Shown: positions 22,590 through 35,410 of the stretch, piece after piece
Layout: every line of letters begins with the position of its first letter
How positions within the stretch are numbered: the stretch's first letter is position 1
Program-made: the position numbers and the translations under genes
NCBI GenBank assembly: GCA_965153355.1
Contig: OZ231126.1
Location: 6,014,001 to 6,078,000, forward strand
Length of the DNA stretch: 64,000 nt
Source of the DNA: Flaccisagitta enflata
Taxonomy: Eukaryota
Direction of reading: 5' to 3'
The notes under the pieces: model-generated
The model's database searches: none
What the model saw: only the letters and a program-made list of their open reading frames with translations
What the model was told of the DNA's origin: nothing

Positions 22590-24962
22590 TTAAAACTTTC
22601 GGGGAGAAGAATCAAACTCTTTGAGATTTTGAGGCCACACCAAACTCGGGCATCCAGCGACCGGACAAACGGGTTGTTTGTTCTTCTCAAGCCTCGCCGC
22701 AGTCATTTGCAAGACGGCTTCCTTTTCGTATACATGTCCACAAGTATTGACAACCGGGTTCACGAAAGGCAGTTTGGTGATTGGACAGACGCGTTTGACC
22801 TTGTGACGTGTCACGCAAATGTCGCTTTCAGCGAGACTTTCCGGAGCGTCAAAAACCTCGAAATCGTTCTCATCGGCGTTAGTGAGTTCCGGTGCAGAAA
22901 TCTCGATGACGTCATTGTGGTCATTGGAAACGGTATGTTGAATGGGCAGTTTGATTTGCTGGATTTTGTGAGGCGTCAGGCAAATGTCACTTTTGTGGAG
23001 GTTTTCCGTGAGGTCTATAAAGTTGTTCTCAGTGGCGCTGGTGGGATTGGATGCAGAAACGACGACATCATTGTGGTCGTTGGTGACGAGGTATTGGACA
23101 GACTGCTTGGTTATTGGACAGACATACTGGATCGTCTGACGCGTCGTGCAAATGTCGCTCCCGTCGTGGCTTTGGGAGGCGTCAATAATCTCAAAATCAT
23201 TCTCATCAGCGCTGGTGAGGTTGGGTGCAGAAATCACGACAACGTCATTGTGGTCGTTGGTGACGGGATGTTGAAAAGGCATCTTGGTGATTGGTCTGTC
23301 GCTTTCGTGGAAGTTTTCCGTGAGGTCGATAACCTCATTCTCAATGGGTGCAGAAATCACAACGGCGTCGTGGTGGGCGTTGGCGTTGGCGTTTCTGGCA
23401 TTGGCGTTGGCGTTTCTTCTGGCAGAAAGTTGTAGTTTTTTGCGATGTTTCTTTCCCGCGAGATGGCATTTCATCGCCTTTAGGCTACCGACATGTACGC
23501 CACAAACATCGCACATACCGGCTTCCTTTGACGGTTTATCAAATCCGCCAACACCGACCTTCTCGGCCGGTCCGTTGACACGGACTTGGCAAACGTCTCT
23601 TCCGCCGGTCTCACGGATCTTCTTAGCGTGCTTCTTTCCGTTTAGATGAATTTCGAAGGTGGCTGTATAAAAGGGAGGAGGAAGAGGAGGAGAGGATATG
23701 GACCGGAGAAAACGACTTAAGGGGATAATGATGAGGAAAAGATGGGTGAAATTTGCGGGTAGTGAGGGGAGAAACAAGGCTATTTGAGAAATCAATGTGA
23801 AAAGATCAAAGGAAAATAGCAATATGAAGAAAATTCTAGTAGGAAGAATTTTTAACTAGTCAATAGTCATCCAAAAATTGCAAAAGATCAGCGGTACCCG
23901 ATGCCATGCCCTGCTTAGAGTGATCAGGTGAAGCAATAGAGAGTGGGGCAGCAGCTCCAAAGGGCCGATGTCCTTTAAGAAACAGGAGTGTATTTCCAGA
24001 CGTCCTGTGAAGGCCTTTGGGGCTATTTTCCATAGAATCGAATGAGAAAATAGAATTTATCTCAATTTTTTCCCAATTTTCATGTTATCTAATCTGACTT
24101 TTGCATTTATTTCATACTTCTATCAATTTTCCATGCAATTCAATAGGGCTTTCACATTTTCAAAAATTTGGTAAACTACACGTAATTCAAGGGTAATTTT
24201 GAATTTTTAAAAATCATTTGTTGATTTTCCGTGTTATTCAATGGGAATTTTGCATTTCTTCATTCATTCTTCATTTCTTATTGTTTAATGAGAATTTGAG
24301 GCTTGTAAGCATTGGCGGGAGGGAAAGTGATGTACATACGGACTGACAGATATACGGATGGACAGACATATGGATTTTCACCCGTGTCCTAAAGGAAATC
24401 GGCCCTTAGGGGCCGCTGCCCAAAAGGGGGACCGACCACAATGCCATAGGTAAAGGAAGGAAAAAGTCATGAAGAAGAAAGTCAAGTACTTGAAGAACCA
24501 GTGCAAGAGACCTCGATTGCCGACAGCGACGTCGCAAAACACGCAATGAAAACGTCCGGTGGGGCCATTAGCTGTTTTGGCCGCTTTGGCCGCTCTGGTC
24601 ATGTGTTTCTTTCCCTGGCAATGCGACTCGAGCGACTTGTTGCTGATAAAGCCGATGTTGCAAACCTCGCAGATCTTACGTTTCCTTGTCGGCGTCGGAA
24701 TCGGCGTCGGTGGAAGAGTCGGTGGAAGCGTCGGTGGAAGCGCCGGAGGCAGTTCCGGAATTGCGATGGATTTGTAAGGGCCGAAGCGCATTACATTGGC
24801 GGCGTGCTCCTGCTCCGTCAGATGAATGTCGAGCAATGACCGCGTGTTAAAAAATTTGACGCATGGAGTACATCGATACTGATTGTTAATAATCTTAACC
24901 ATAGGCAATAGGGGCTTGGACCCCGCACCAGGGTGCGAAGCCGCTACGGGGGTGATGTCCAT
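22590..24962 (-). CDS. Matrin-type zinc finger (x4) / SIM-repeat / NSE2-type SP-RING protein, paralog 2
   Basis: Exons 24962-24512 and 23662-22590; phase-1 splice completes CVFCDVAVGNRATFEIHLNGKKH. Other fingers CTPC..HLTEQEH, CEVC..HCQGKKH, CDVC..HLAGKKH. C-terminal SDICVTRHKVKRVCPITKLPFVNPVVNTCGHVYEKEAV..CPVAGC resembles the NSMCE2/Mms21 SP-RING. Confidence 0.82.
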
Positions 24963-25652
24963 CACTCGCTTCACTCGATTCAGTCAATCGTGACGTGAAA
25001 TCAAAAAGTTAGGTATACAGCAACTGACGAGCCAAGCTCACTTTGATCACTCAAGTTTTAAACGTTACAAACTTCCTAGATTAAAGATCATTCTTTTAAA
25101 AGACGCGGTTTCGCGATTTCAGCATCGCAACCGCTCCGGCTCCACAATTGGCGCCACCAGGGACTAGAAAATGAAGAGATTGGATCGCACGATGAACGAT
25201 CGGTACAGCGCGCAATATTAAACATCAAATTAAGGGATATGCTTTCTAACCAGGTACTAGAAGCTTTGGGACAGCGACAAGAGATTGAAGAGGGAAACAG
25301 TGGCGGCATTCAAAGAGATTTAGAGAAAAGCTAGGACATATTCTTGTTTGTAAACACGTAACAAGGAGTGTAAGAACGTCACCAATGTTTTGTCATAGGT
25401 ATCTTAAATCACATGTGATCACATGCGATCACATGGGATCAATCTTTCTCTCTCCCGACAGAGATTATGATGAATGTGTAAAAAGCGTCACATAATACAT
25501 GTCCCATGGCGTACTATATGTCTCAAACATAACATAACATGATCTCTTTTAAAACCATTTTCCGTTCTTCCGTTTCGCCTCTTCCTATGACCTCTTTCGC
25601 CCTCTTCAAGAGATCATCAAGCATTATCTAGGCTAGAGAGATGTTTGATACT

Positions 25653-28600
25653 CTAGCTCTCGAGTGTGAGCAGTTCCGTTTGCGGCGTGAGATTAACTAG
25701 AGACGATGAGGCAGCGGCCAAGTCAGCGATGGAAATGCGGCCGTGCAGACGAATGAATTTGGCCACTTCTTGCATTTCCTCCGTGGAAATGTGGATGAAT
25801 TTGCCACGATCGTCGATCACGCCGGTCAATCGACCCATCGCTTGAAGATCCTGAAAAAAAGAGAAAATAGGGAGAGTAGGAAGAAGAAGTTAAAGAAGGT
25901 TAGATAGGGTTCACCGACCTGTTGCTTGATGATCCTAGAGGATGAAGGAAGAAGAGAGTACAGGATTGAATAGGGAAAATATCCCATGACTTGGTCAGAT
26001 AGGGTTCATCGACCTAAATTGCTTGATGATCCTGGAGGAGGAAGGAAAAACAGAGTAAAGGATTGAATGGAGAAATCAACCCATGACTTGGGGGATTGGA
26101 AGGGGAGAAGAGGGGAAGCTCCTGAAGAGAGGTCAAGGCTCGCAGGCAGGCCTGAGCGATTGTATTGGGTATTGGTATTGGGTTTACAATATTCTTGTGT
26201 ATTGGGTTTTCCCAATACACGTAGTTTATTTTGTTATTCTACCAATACAATACTATACAATACTGGGAATACCCCGCCAAAAGATACAAAAGAAAACAAC
26301 ATAATTCTGCATTGGAAAAAAATATTTAAAATCTGAAAAAAAGGTTAGAAAGCCCTGTAAAAACGATCTTATCCTGTTCTGATACATTCCAACCTCCTAA
26401 CGGTTTTGGCCCTCCACAGAATGTGTTTTAAAAACATCCAATTTGAAAAAAATCATTTTATCAAATTTCTCTCATTCAAAGCAGCTGAACCTTTCATCTT
26501 TAATTCATTTAATATCATTTCCAAACGAATTGAGCTAAATACATGAGATTGGGCTTATATTAAAGATAATTCAAAAAATTTTATGAAATTGTTGGAACAG
26601 ATACGGTGGGGACATTTCAAATCAAGAAAACTTTTTTTTTTTCACCACTTCCAATATATTGCTCAAAGAAGATGGATCCTCTGAGTTGTTTTCAATGGTC
26701 GAAATGTTTAATTTTTTAAACAAAGTGAGCATATCTAAAATTTAAATTGAATTTGAATCAAGTTTGGTAAAATCCTAAAACTTTTGCTCAATATCTTATT
26801 GGGAACCACTAATTTTATGTTCAAAACCAAGCTGTAGTTTTTCAAAACAATGTGAGCTCTAAGTAGCTCCTCCTCATAGATTCTGAACTGAACAGTAAAA
26901 AATCGTTTTTTAAAAGCTCTCTGGATCTTTTTACAAAATTGATCTACTATCTCTAGAAGCAAAGTTATGTCGTTTTCTTTTGTATCATTTGGCGCGGTAT
27001 TCCCTGTATTACAAAAAAGCTGATCTGAGGAAAGTGAAATATATAAGAGAAAGACTGAAAGAGATGAAGAGGAAGAGGAAAAGCATTTCTAGGTCTGAGG
27101 GAGAACAAAATAAGTGGAAAAGGTGAGAGATAAAAGGAGAAGAGGAGGAAAGTAAAAGTGGGTGAGGGATAAAAAGAGGAAGAGGAAGAAGAACTTATGA
27201 GATTAGGTGGGTTAGAAATAAAGACAAAGAAGAAGAAGAGGAATAAAAATCTATAAAAGAAACAATCAGTGGTCAGAAGCTGGAAGGATGAAAAGGAGGA
27301 AGAGGAACAAAATAAAGAATTTACAGGAGAGAGAGAAAGAGACAGGGAATGATAATGAAAAACAAAAACAAATAAACAAAAAAAAAAAAAAAAACAGAAT
27401 TGGATCTATACAAAAAAGAAACAAATAGATAAGTGTAAAAAAAAAGAAAAAAAATAAGGATAAGACAGAATAACAGACAGAATAACAAAAAAATAAAATA
27501 AAACTTTTATCACAATGAAAAAAAATATATATGAAAATTTTTCAGCTCTTCTAATATAACCAGATATTTATATGATGATCAAAATGACGATACTTTCTTT
27601 AAATTATTAGTATATCATCTATGATTAGTTTGATATATATTAATACTTATTACTTATTATTAAAACTATGTAATCTCATACACATATTATATTGTATTGT
27701 ATGATATGATAATGTATTATATACAATTTTAATAGATATTAGGTCTCCCAGAATAACTCATTTTGTTAAAAAGTACTAATCCCTGCGGCTTTTTTCGAAG
27801 ATCATACACCACTGAATAAGAATTCAGCAGCAAAAATTTTTTTTGAAATTTTTTTATGGCAGAAGTATTAGGCCAGAGGTGATATAAGATCAAAATTTCA
27901 AAATGAGAATTTTATAAATCTGATTGCAGATTCATAATCCTTGCAAAAAACTGTCAAAAGAAAGTGCTCTTCTTTTATTGATATTCCTTCAGGAACGTTG
28001 TCTAAATCAAGGTCAAAGATCTAGATCGGGTCAAAATTGCTCTTTTGTTTAAAATTGACCTTATTTAGATCTTTGACCTCAATCCCAGAAGGTCTCCCAG
28101 AATAACTCATTTTGTTAAAAAGTACTAATCCCTGCGGCTTTTTTCGAAGATCATACACCACTGAATAAGAATTCAGCAGCAAAAATTTTTTTTGAAATTT
28201 TTTTATGGCATCTAAATTTCTAAATCTAAAAATCTAAAAATCTAAATCTAAATCTAAATCTAAATCTAAAAATCTAAATTTCTAAATCAAGGTCAAAGAT
28301 CTAGATCGGGTCAAAATTGCTCTTTTGTTTAAAATTGACCTTATTTAGATCTTTGACCTCAATTTTGACAATCTTCCCGAAGGAATATCAAAAAAAGAAG
28401 AGCACTTTCTTGTGACAGTTTTTTGCAAGGATCATGAATCTGCAATCAGATTTGCAAAATTCTCATTTTGAAATTTTGACCTTATATCACCTTTGACCTG
28501 ACACTTCCACCATAAAAAAATTTTAGAAAATTTTTTTCCTGCTGAATTCTTATTCTTTGGTGTATTTTCTTTGAGAAAAGCTGCAGGGATGAGTACTTTT

Positions 28601-28978
28601 CAATAAAATGAGTTTTTCTGGGCGGTCTAATAGATATTGTATTGGTATTGTATTGTATTGTTCCAATACTTGAAAGTATTGTATTGGTATTGTATAGTTG
28701 ACAAAAATGCTATATAGCTCAGGCCTGCTCGCAGGAGGTAGAATAGAGGAAAAAGTATGTGCAGGGGGTAAAGGCAAGGTTGAGGGAAAGGGAAGGAGCA
28801 GAGGAGATGAAGAGGGAAAGGGCTGAAGAAAAGGAGGAGGGCTGGGGAAAAGGAGGGCTGGGGAAAAGAAGGGGGGCTGGGGAAAAGAAGAAAGAGGGGG
28901 TGGAGGGCAGTGAAGATTGAAACACACACACACACACACATTCACACATTCACACATTCACACATTCACACATTCACA

Positions 28979-29021
<43 letters not shown>

Positions 29022-30313
29022 CCACAGAATTGTGAATGAACTGACACACACATCATTCGACAGTATCACTAGCTCCACATTTCCACACTAACTTGCACTC
29101 TCTGGATCGCTTCTTGCGTCCTGAGAGAAAAATGCGAGGCTAAATCCTCCATGAGAACGACTTTTTGCTGGCGAATGAAGTCGACAAACTGTTGCAGCAG
29201 CGCCTGTGACTCCTCTTCCGTCGCCAACTGCGCTTCCCCTTCCTCCTCCACCGCGAATTCGGCTTTTAGTTTCAAATACTCCTCGTACTCCCGCGCTTCC
29301 TCCTCTTCTTTCCTCTTCCTCTCTTCTTCCTCTTTCGCCGCTTCGACGGCTTCTTTCTTCGCTTCCTCCTTCTTCCTCTCTTCTTCCAATTGTTCCTCTC
29401 TCTGCTTCCTCTCTTCCCTTTCTTCGATCTCCATTTCCCGCATTCGTCTTTTCTCCGCTTTTTCTTCCAGTTTTCTCATCTTTTTCGCGCCGATTTTTCC
29501 GTCCGGTAAATTCACGTAATCCAACAGATCGTCGTCAACTTCGTCCTCATCCACGTCCGCTCTTCCTCCGCCTCTTCCGCCACCACCACCTCTTCCACCA
29601 CCGCCACCTCCTCTTCCGGCGCCAAAATTGGCGTCGTCGTCATCGTCCGATTCGTCGGCGGGGCGTCCAGCGGCGGCGCCACGCATTCCACGACGCCGAC
29701 GAGCTCCGGCCGGCATCGCACGGGCGCCGGCGTTTCCACGCTGATTTAAAATTGAAAAGAGATTTTCATAAAGAAGCATGAAGAAAGAGACATCTGCAAG
29801 TCAGCTACTACTGCACAACTGCACGGTCTACTTCCACAGTCAAAAGTCCATGCATGTCTATTCCGAAGTCATCTCTCATCTAGAAAATTTCATCTACATT
29901 TCGAAGTCAACTGGAAAATTTGACTCTCCCATTCCTTTCTAATGTCAGTATAACTTGCGCAATGGTTTACACCGACCAAGAATCTCTCGCTCTCGATCTC
30001 TCTCGCTCTCGCGCTTTCTCGCTTTCGCGCTTTCTCGCTTTCTCGCTCTCGCTCTTTCTCGCTCTCGCGCTTTCTCACTTTCTCGCGCTTTCTCGCTCTC
30101 TCGCGCTTTCTCGCTTTCTCGCTCTCGCGCTTTCTCGTTCTCTCGTTCTCTAAATCTAAGCCATTTGCTTTCTGGACCTACCTCTCTGGCCGCGTTAGGA
30201 ATCCCTCTGGGGGCATCATCCTCCGCTTTCGATTCCTTGGATTTGGCGAGGAAACTCAGCAGCGCCAAAATCGCCACCAAGACACCCGCGACTCCCACCA
30301 ACAACTCGATCAT
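25653..30313 (-). CDS. DDRGK1: DDRGK domain-containing protein 1 (UFBP1, UFMylation adaptor)
   Basis: Phase-0 exons 30313-30182, 29740-29093, 25850-25653: N-terminal TM anchor, [14 protein letters not shown], coiled coil, [32 protein letters not shown]. Confidence 0.97.
26147..28727. mobile_element. hAT-like non-autonomous element in DDRGK1 intron 2
   Basis: 11-bp TIR CAGGCCTGAGC, 8-bp TSD CTCGCAGG (26139-26146, 28728-28735), subterminal (GTATT)n. Confidence 0.85.
27740..28629. mobile_element. Palindromic MITE nested in the hAT-like element, with an internal partial duplication
   Basis: 27740-28030 is the reverse complement of ~28335-28629; 8-bp TSD ATAGATAT; 28091-28210 repeats the left end. 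Confidence 0.75.
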
Positions 30314-30633
30314 TGTCTTGACTGTATCTTTTTATAACTTTGGAACAATACCAATTTAAGGAATGTCACGACAGCCCATTATTTATCTAATGAAGATCAG
30401 GCCCACATTTGATGGGAAATTCAACATATAAATTATATAACCATAAATCAGAACGTTAAATGTAACTTTTGTAACGCTATAACAGGAATGTATCACTTCT
30501 TTGACAGGAAACGATTGCATCGAAGGTGAATCGATCTCAGCTCCAAGTACATTTTTACTTCAATTCCGAGAGTGAACAGAAACACGCTTTCTTAGCGAGC
30601 GCAAATATCACGATCAAACACATTTTGTATAAA

Positions 30634-33600
30634 TCACACCGCAAACAGGTCGTACATGTTCCCTTCTACGCCATCTTCGCGCTTCAACGCGTCATTTCCA
30701 CTTTTCAGGGCGGCTTCCCATCTTTGGATGATCACAGCCAAATGGTTCTTGATTCTCGTCCCGTCCAAATCGTTGATGCGGTCGCGGATGTTGGATTGCG
30801 TCTTCCGGAGGCGTTCTAACAGCGGACGCAACTCGGCGTCGACTCCGACGACGACGGAAGTCGGGGATTCGGCATTGGCGTCGATGGCGTCACGAAGAGC
30901 TTCCGGTGAGACGAGGAGATCAAAAAGTTGGACGACGACATCGACCAAATAATAATCCACACCACCACCGCCGCCGGAACGCGCCGTCAACTGATGCAGA
31001 AAACGCGACGCTTGAAGAAAGAAGGCGAAAGGCGGAAGTCGATCGAAGTAAGCCGCGCTGAGGAGATTCTCGATGGGTTCGTCGATTTTGATGGGACGAA
31101 TCGTCGAGGAGGACGATGTTGTGGTAAAGGCGGAGACTCGAAGGATGCCGTGGAAGGACAAATAACGACGAAGTTGAATCTCGGGAAAACCAGGAGCCAA
31201 TCCCAGCAAAATCTGCTGAAGATGATGGAGATGAGACGCGACGGAGGAGGAAGATGAGGAGGAAGATGAGGATGAAGAGGTGGATGAGGAGAGAGAGGAG
31301 TTGGAGGGCGAGTCAAAGTCGACGGTGGTGAGGAATTCCGTCAATGACCACATGCCCGAACCCACGCGGATGAGCAACCTGAGGAAGAGAAGAAAGAGAG
31401 GTAAGAGAGGAAAAAGAGGAATGAGGAGGAGAAGATAAGGATAGGGATTGGTAGTTGGGAAAGGGAGGGAGAGACGGAAGGAAGAGGACAGGAGAAGATA
31501 GGATGAGGATGGGGATTGAATGGAAAGATCGAAAGAAAAAAGAGGAGATGGAAGAGAAAGAGAAAAGCAGAGGAGAGGAGAGAAATGGAAGGAAAAGAAG
31601 GAGAACAGGAGGAGAGAGAAGAGGAAAGGAAGAAAGAGAAGGAGAGATTGATGAATGAGGATGGGGATTGGGAGAACCGAACAGGAAGGGAAGACGGAAG
31701 GAAGAAGCAGAGCGGAGTCACAAAGAGAGAGAGCTCATATACATGCATATATCATTAACGACCACCATCCCGTCTACATAGGCTAAAAGGACACTACAGA
31801 TACGCAAAACAGTTTTCAGCACTATACTGTTCGATTTGACGATCGTCTTGCGCTTGATCGACGGCCGACTGCAACGCGGTCGAGATGCAGTCGTGAAGCA
31901 ACGATCTTGTTTCCACGTCACCGCTAATCGTCTCGTCCCAAAGCAGATAGAAGAACAACAACGCATACCGGATGTGAGTCCCTTCTGATTCTGACGAATC
32001 ATCGCTTACAGCGCCACATCTGATATTCAAATGATTGAAGTAAGAGGAATCATTAACAGTGGGGTATGTTTGATTAAAATGAGAAAATGAAGTAAAACAT
32101 GGGAAATAGAGTACATTATCCCTTTCCGATCATTTTTCTTTGATTCTTTTCGTTTTATATATAAACTCTTGGTCATTGAACAAACATCTGATCCATATCA
32201 TTTGGATAGGGCTACACAAATCGAAACGTCAGAGCTATCTTTGAAATAGAACCAGAACTGTAATCACAAATACAGAATCGTCAGCACGCAACCGGCAGAC
32301 GTACCTCGCTTGTTCAAAGTCGGCTTCCTTTGCGCTGTGACCATCGTCTTTGGTGTCTGGGTCATTCCGACCGTTCATCTCTTTTTTGTTTTCGTTTTCG
32401 TTAAATTTCTTCAATTCTTCTTCGTTATTTAGCAGGAGACATTCGCGAATTAATGAAAGCAGCTGGCGAAGAGAATCTCGAAAAAGGAACGGAAGGGGAA
32501 AGGATCGCAGACGGGAGGAGGGAGTCGGCGCTGTAGCACTTGAATTAGGCATGGAGGCATAAGAGGAAGATGTGGGAGAGGAAGCGTTGGTCGAGGAAGC
32601 AACAGTTGACGAGTGTTTTTGTTGATCAGTTTTCGACGGGAAATTGAGACGATCGCGAAGATAATCAATTTGCGAGTCACGAAAGAAGAAATGAGACGGA
32701 CTGGAGGAAGGAAAGGATAAAAGAAACAAGGAATTGTCATCTTATTCGAGTCAAACAAGCAAAGTAAACAACAATAACTTTGCAAAGTAAACAACAATAA
32801 TTTTGCTCTATCCCATGCAGGCAGTGAAACCAGCAACCATAAATATCAAAGAATTTTACAATTTTCCAATGTTGCACGAAAACGTCTTATCATTTTCATC
32901 ATGCCAAATATACAACCGTCTAACTTTCACTAAGATACATAAAAGATAATACGACACGAAACAACTACAGCATACATAGCGTCATCAGTTACTCCAAAAA
33001 CTAGGGCTAGGAGCTGCCTAATAGGAAGCGTCAACTTCCAAACGGAACCGCTTGGCAAGAGCTGCTTCGTTGAGAAACAATGACTCACTAAAACATACCT
33101 GAATGTCATTTGGCTTTGAGACGACGTCGGTGAGGCGGCGCCATTGAGCGGCGCTGCGCAAAATTCCAACGCCGATGCGGGAAAAACGACGCCGAGATTT
33201 TTCAACGCCGCCGCCCACGCCAAAGGCGAAGGAACGCGACGCTCATTGGCGTAATAGGCGCTCAAAGTGGAGACGGAGGAAGAGGAAGAGGCGGGATGAA
33301 AGGAAGGGATGGAGAAAGCCGTTGATGAGGAAGAATTCGCGGTTGGGGAATCCAAGAGAGAAGTCATTAACATCAGAAGAATGGCGTCTTTCTCCTCGTC
33401 GTCGTCGAGGCCATCGGGGAGGAGGGAAGAGAGACGAGATGAAGAAGAAGAAGAGGAGGAGGAAGAGAAGGAGGAAAGAAAGGAGGCGAAAACCGGAGGA
33501 CCAGAGTCAAGCGCCGTCTTCAATCGTCTGAATAGGATACAAAGGAAATTAGACAGAGAATATATGTGCAATATAAAACTTATCATCATCACGCTCCAAG

Positions 33601-34730
33601 AACAAATGACGAGAATCTCAAAGTCACAAGGCCGAATACAGACGTATGTAAAGGAAAGCGAGCATATCATCATTGAGCACACTCCAACCCCCCCTCCCCC
33701 CAAAAAAAACAACATTACTACATATTTTCGGACCCCTTTCCACTGTTTTTCCTCATGTCCATTACCTTAAACCTGGGTCCTCTTCCAAGCTCCCTCGATC
33801 CAACAAACAATGGAATCGTTCCTTGCGGAACAAACGGATCCCACCCCCACCTCCTCCTCCTCCTCCTGGAGGATATTTCAGCGCGGATTCCGATTTGATC
33901 GAGCAACGACGGATAATATAATCGGTATAATCCGGAGACAGATTCTCGAAGAAATTAGTGGCATTGGATGACGAGGTATGATCGGGAGAAGACGCGGGAG
34001 AGGAAGGGCACGACGAGGAGGAGGGATTCGTGGTGGAAACGGGAGTCGTCGTCTTTTTCGTCGTCGTCATCTTCTTCTTCATCTTTTTCATTTTGTTTCT
34101 CAACGAGAAAAATTTATCCCGCGCATCGCCATCTAAGCTTTTCCCCTTTTTTTTCGCCACTTCTTCCTCATCATCATCGTCCTCCTCTTGATCTTCCTCT
34201 TCAGACTGATCATCCTCGGCTTGACGCCGACTCTGCGTCCGGATTAGGTCGTCGAAATCCCACAAACTCGCCGTCGTCGATTTCGCGCTCGTCGTCTTTT
34301 TGGTACAATTCCCGACTTTGACTTGATTTCCGGTCGACTGACTGGTTCTGCTTTTACCACCTCTGCCTCTGCCTTGACCTCTACCACCTCCTCCTCCTCC
34401 CCCTCTGACCAAATTGTTATTCTTCCGTTTCCGACGAGGTCTTCCACTTTTTCCCGCGTCACCGTCGTTGTCCGAAGCAGACACGGACGGATTCGAGACG
34501 GACTCGTCTTCCGAAGATGGACCAACACCCGCGGCAACGACAGACGGACGGACAGAGGCGTGTCCGTCATGGAGGACGGATGAATCTTCTTCGTCGTGAT
34601 GATCGACGGACGGATTGGCCGCCAGCATCGAGGAAAAGGCGACAAGCGTGGATTCGTCCGCGGGATCGTTGGCCTTATCCAACGAGTCGTAGGATTCATT
34701 GAGTGAGGGGTCCATCATCGTCATCATCAT
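30634..34730 (-). CDS. SLF2/FAM178-like protein (SMC5/6 localisation factor 2-like), tentative
   Basis: Phase-2 exons 34730-33766, 33527-33099, 32700-32305, 32019-31804, 31378-30634. Disordered N-terminus, helical C-terminus ending SNIRDRINDLDGTRIKNHLAVIIQRWE..EGNMYDLF, similar to SLF2 [35 protein letters not shown]. Gene model stronger than the family call. Confidence 0.6.
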
Positions 34731-35410
34731 CGCCTCACAATGGCAGAAACATGGGGAGCAGCATCCGTGGCCAGTTGAGCAAGATGATCTACACTTGCGG
34801 AGTGGATACTAACCAGTCCAAATGTGGTGGGCACGAGATTCATTGGCACCGTCGTAACTTAAATTGAAATCGAGTCAGTTTAAACTTATCCATCATTATT
34901 TATTGTTATACACTACGTTGAATTTAGCTTTCATTCTGTAAATGAATAAATTTATTCAAATTCAATAATTCTCGACCAAAAGGTACAAGTCAGGGCTCAC
35001 ACATAGCCTATACGTATACCCAAACAGAAATAAGTGGAGGAGAGCCTCATAAGCCCTTGAGTAGTAATAGCAGTAGCGATCGATCCTCTTACGATCTCTG
35101 ATCTTAGCAATGATCAGTTAAACCACTAAATTAGAAAAACAACTAGGAAATTTCAGTTCAGTATTAATCGGTATCACAGTATGAAATGTAAACAAAAAGC
35201 TTCAAAATTTATAGTATATAATAGATAGTATAATAGATAGTATAAAATAGATAAATCACTTAATAAACGAGCTCATTAGGAAATCGGAAGTAATATGCAT
35301 CATCTGTTTTTCTCTGAAGCAAAGCAGACTAACGTGAACGAACGAAAGAAGCGGGGAAAAATCGCAACTGAAAAATTTCGAGACGACAAAAGATTCCCTC
35401 CCCACCAAAG

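Noticed and set aside
22557-23435. Long plus-strand ORFs opposite coding exons, also 10643-11257, 8523-9338, 29206-29781
   Set aside because: Antisense shadows of GC-rich or repetitive exons.
26440-26980. Possible hAT transposase remnant
   Set aside because: Many stops and no motif I can support without a translated search.
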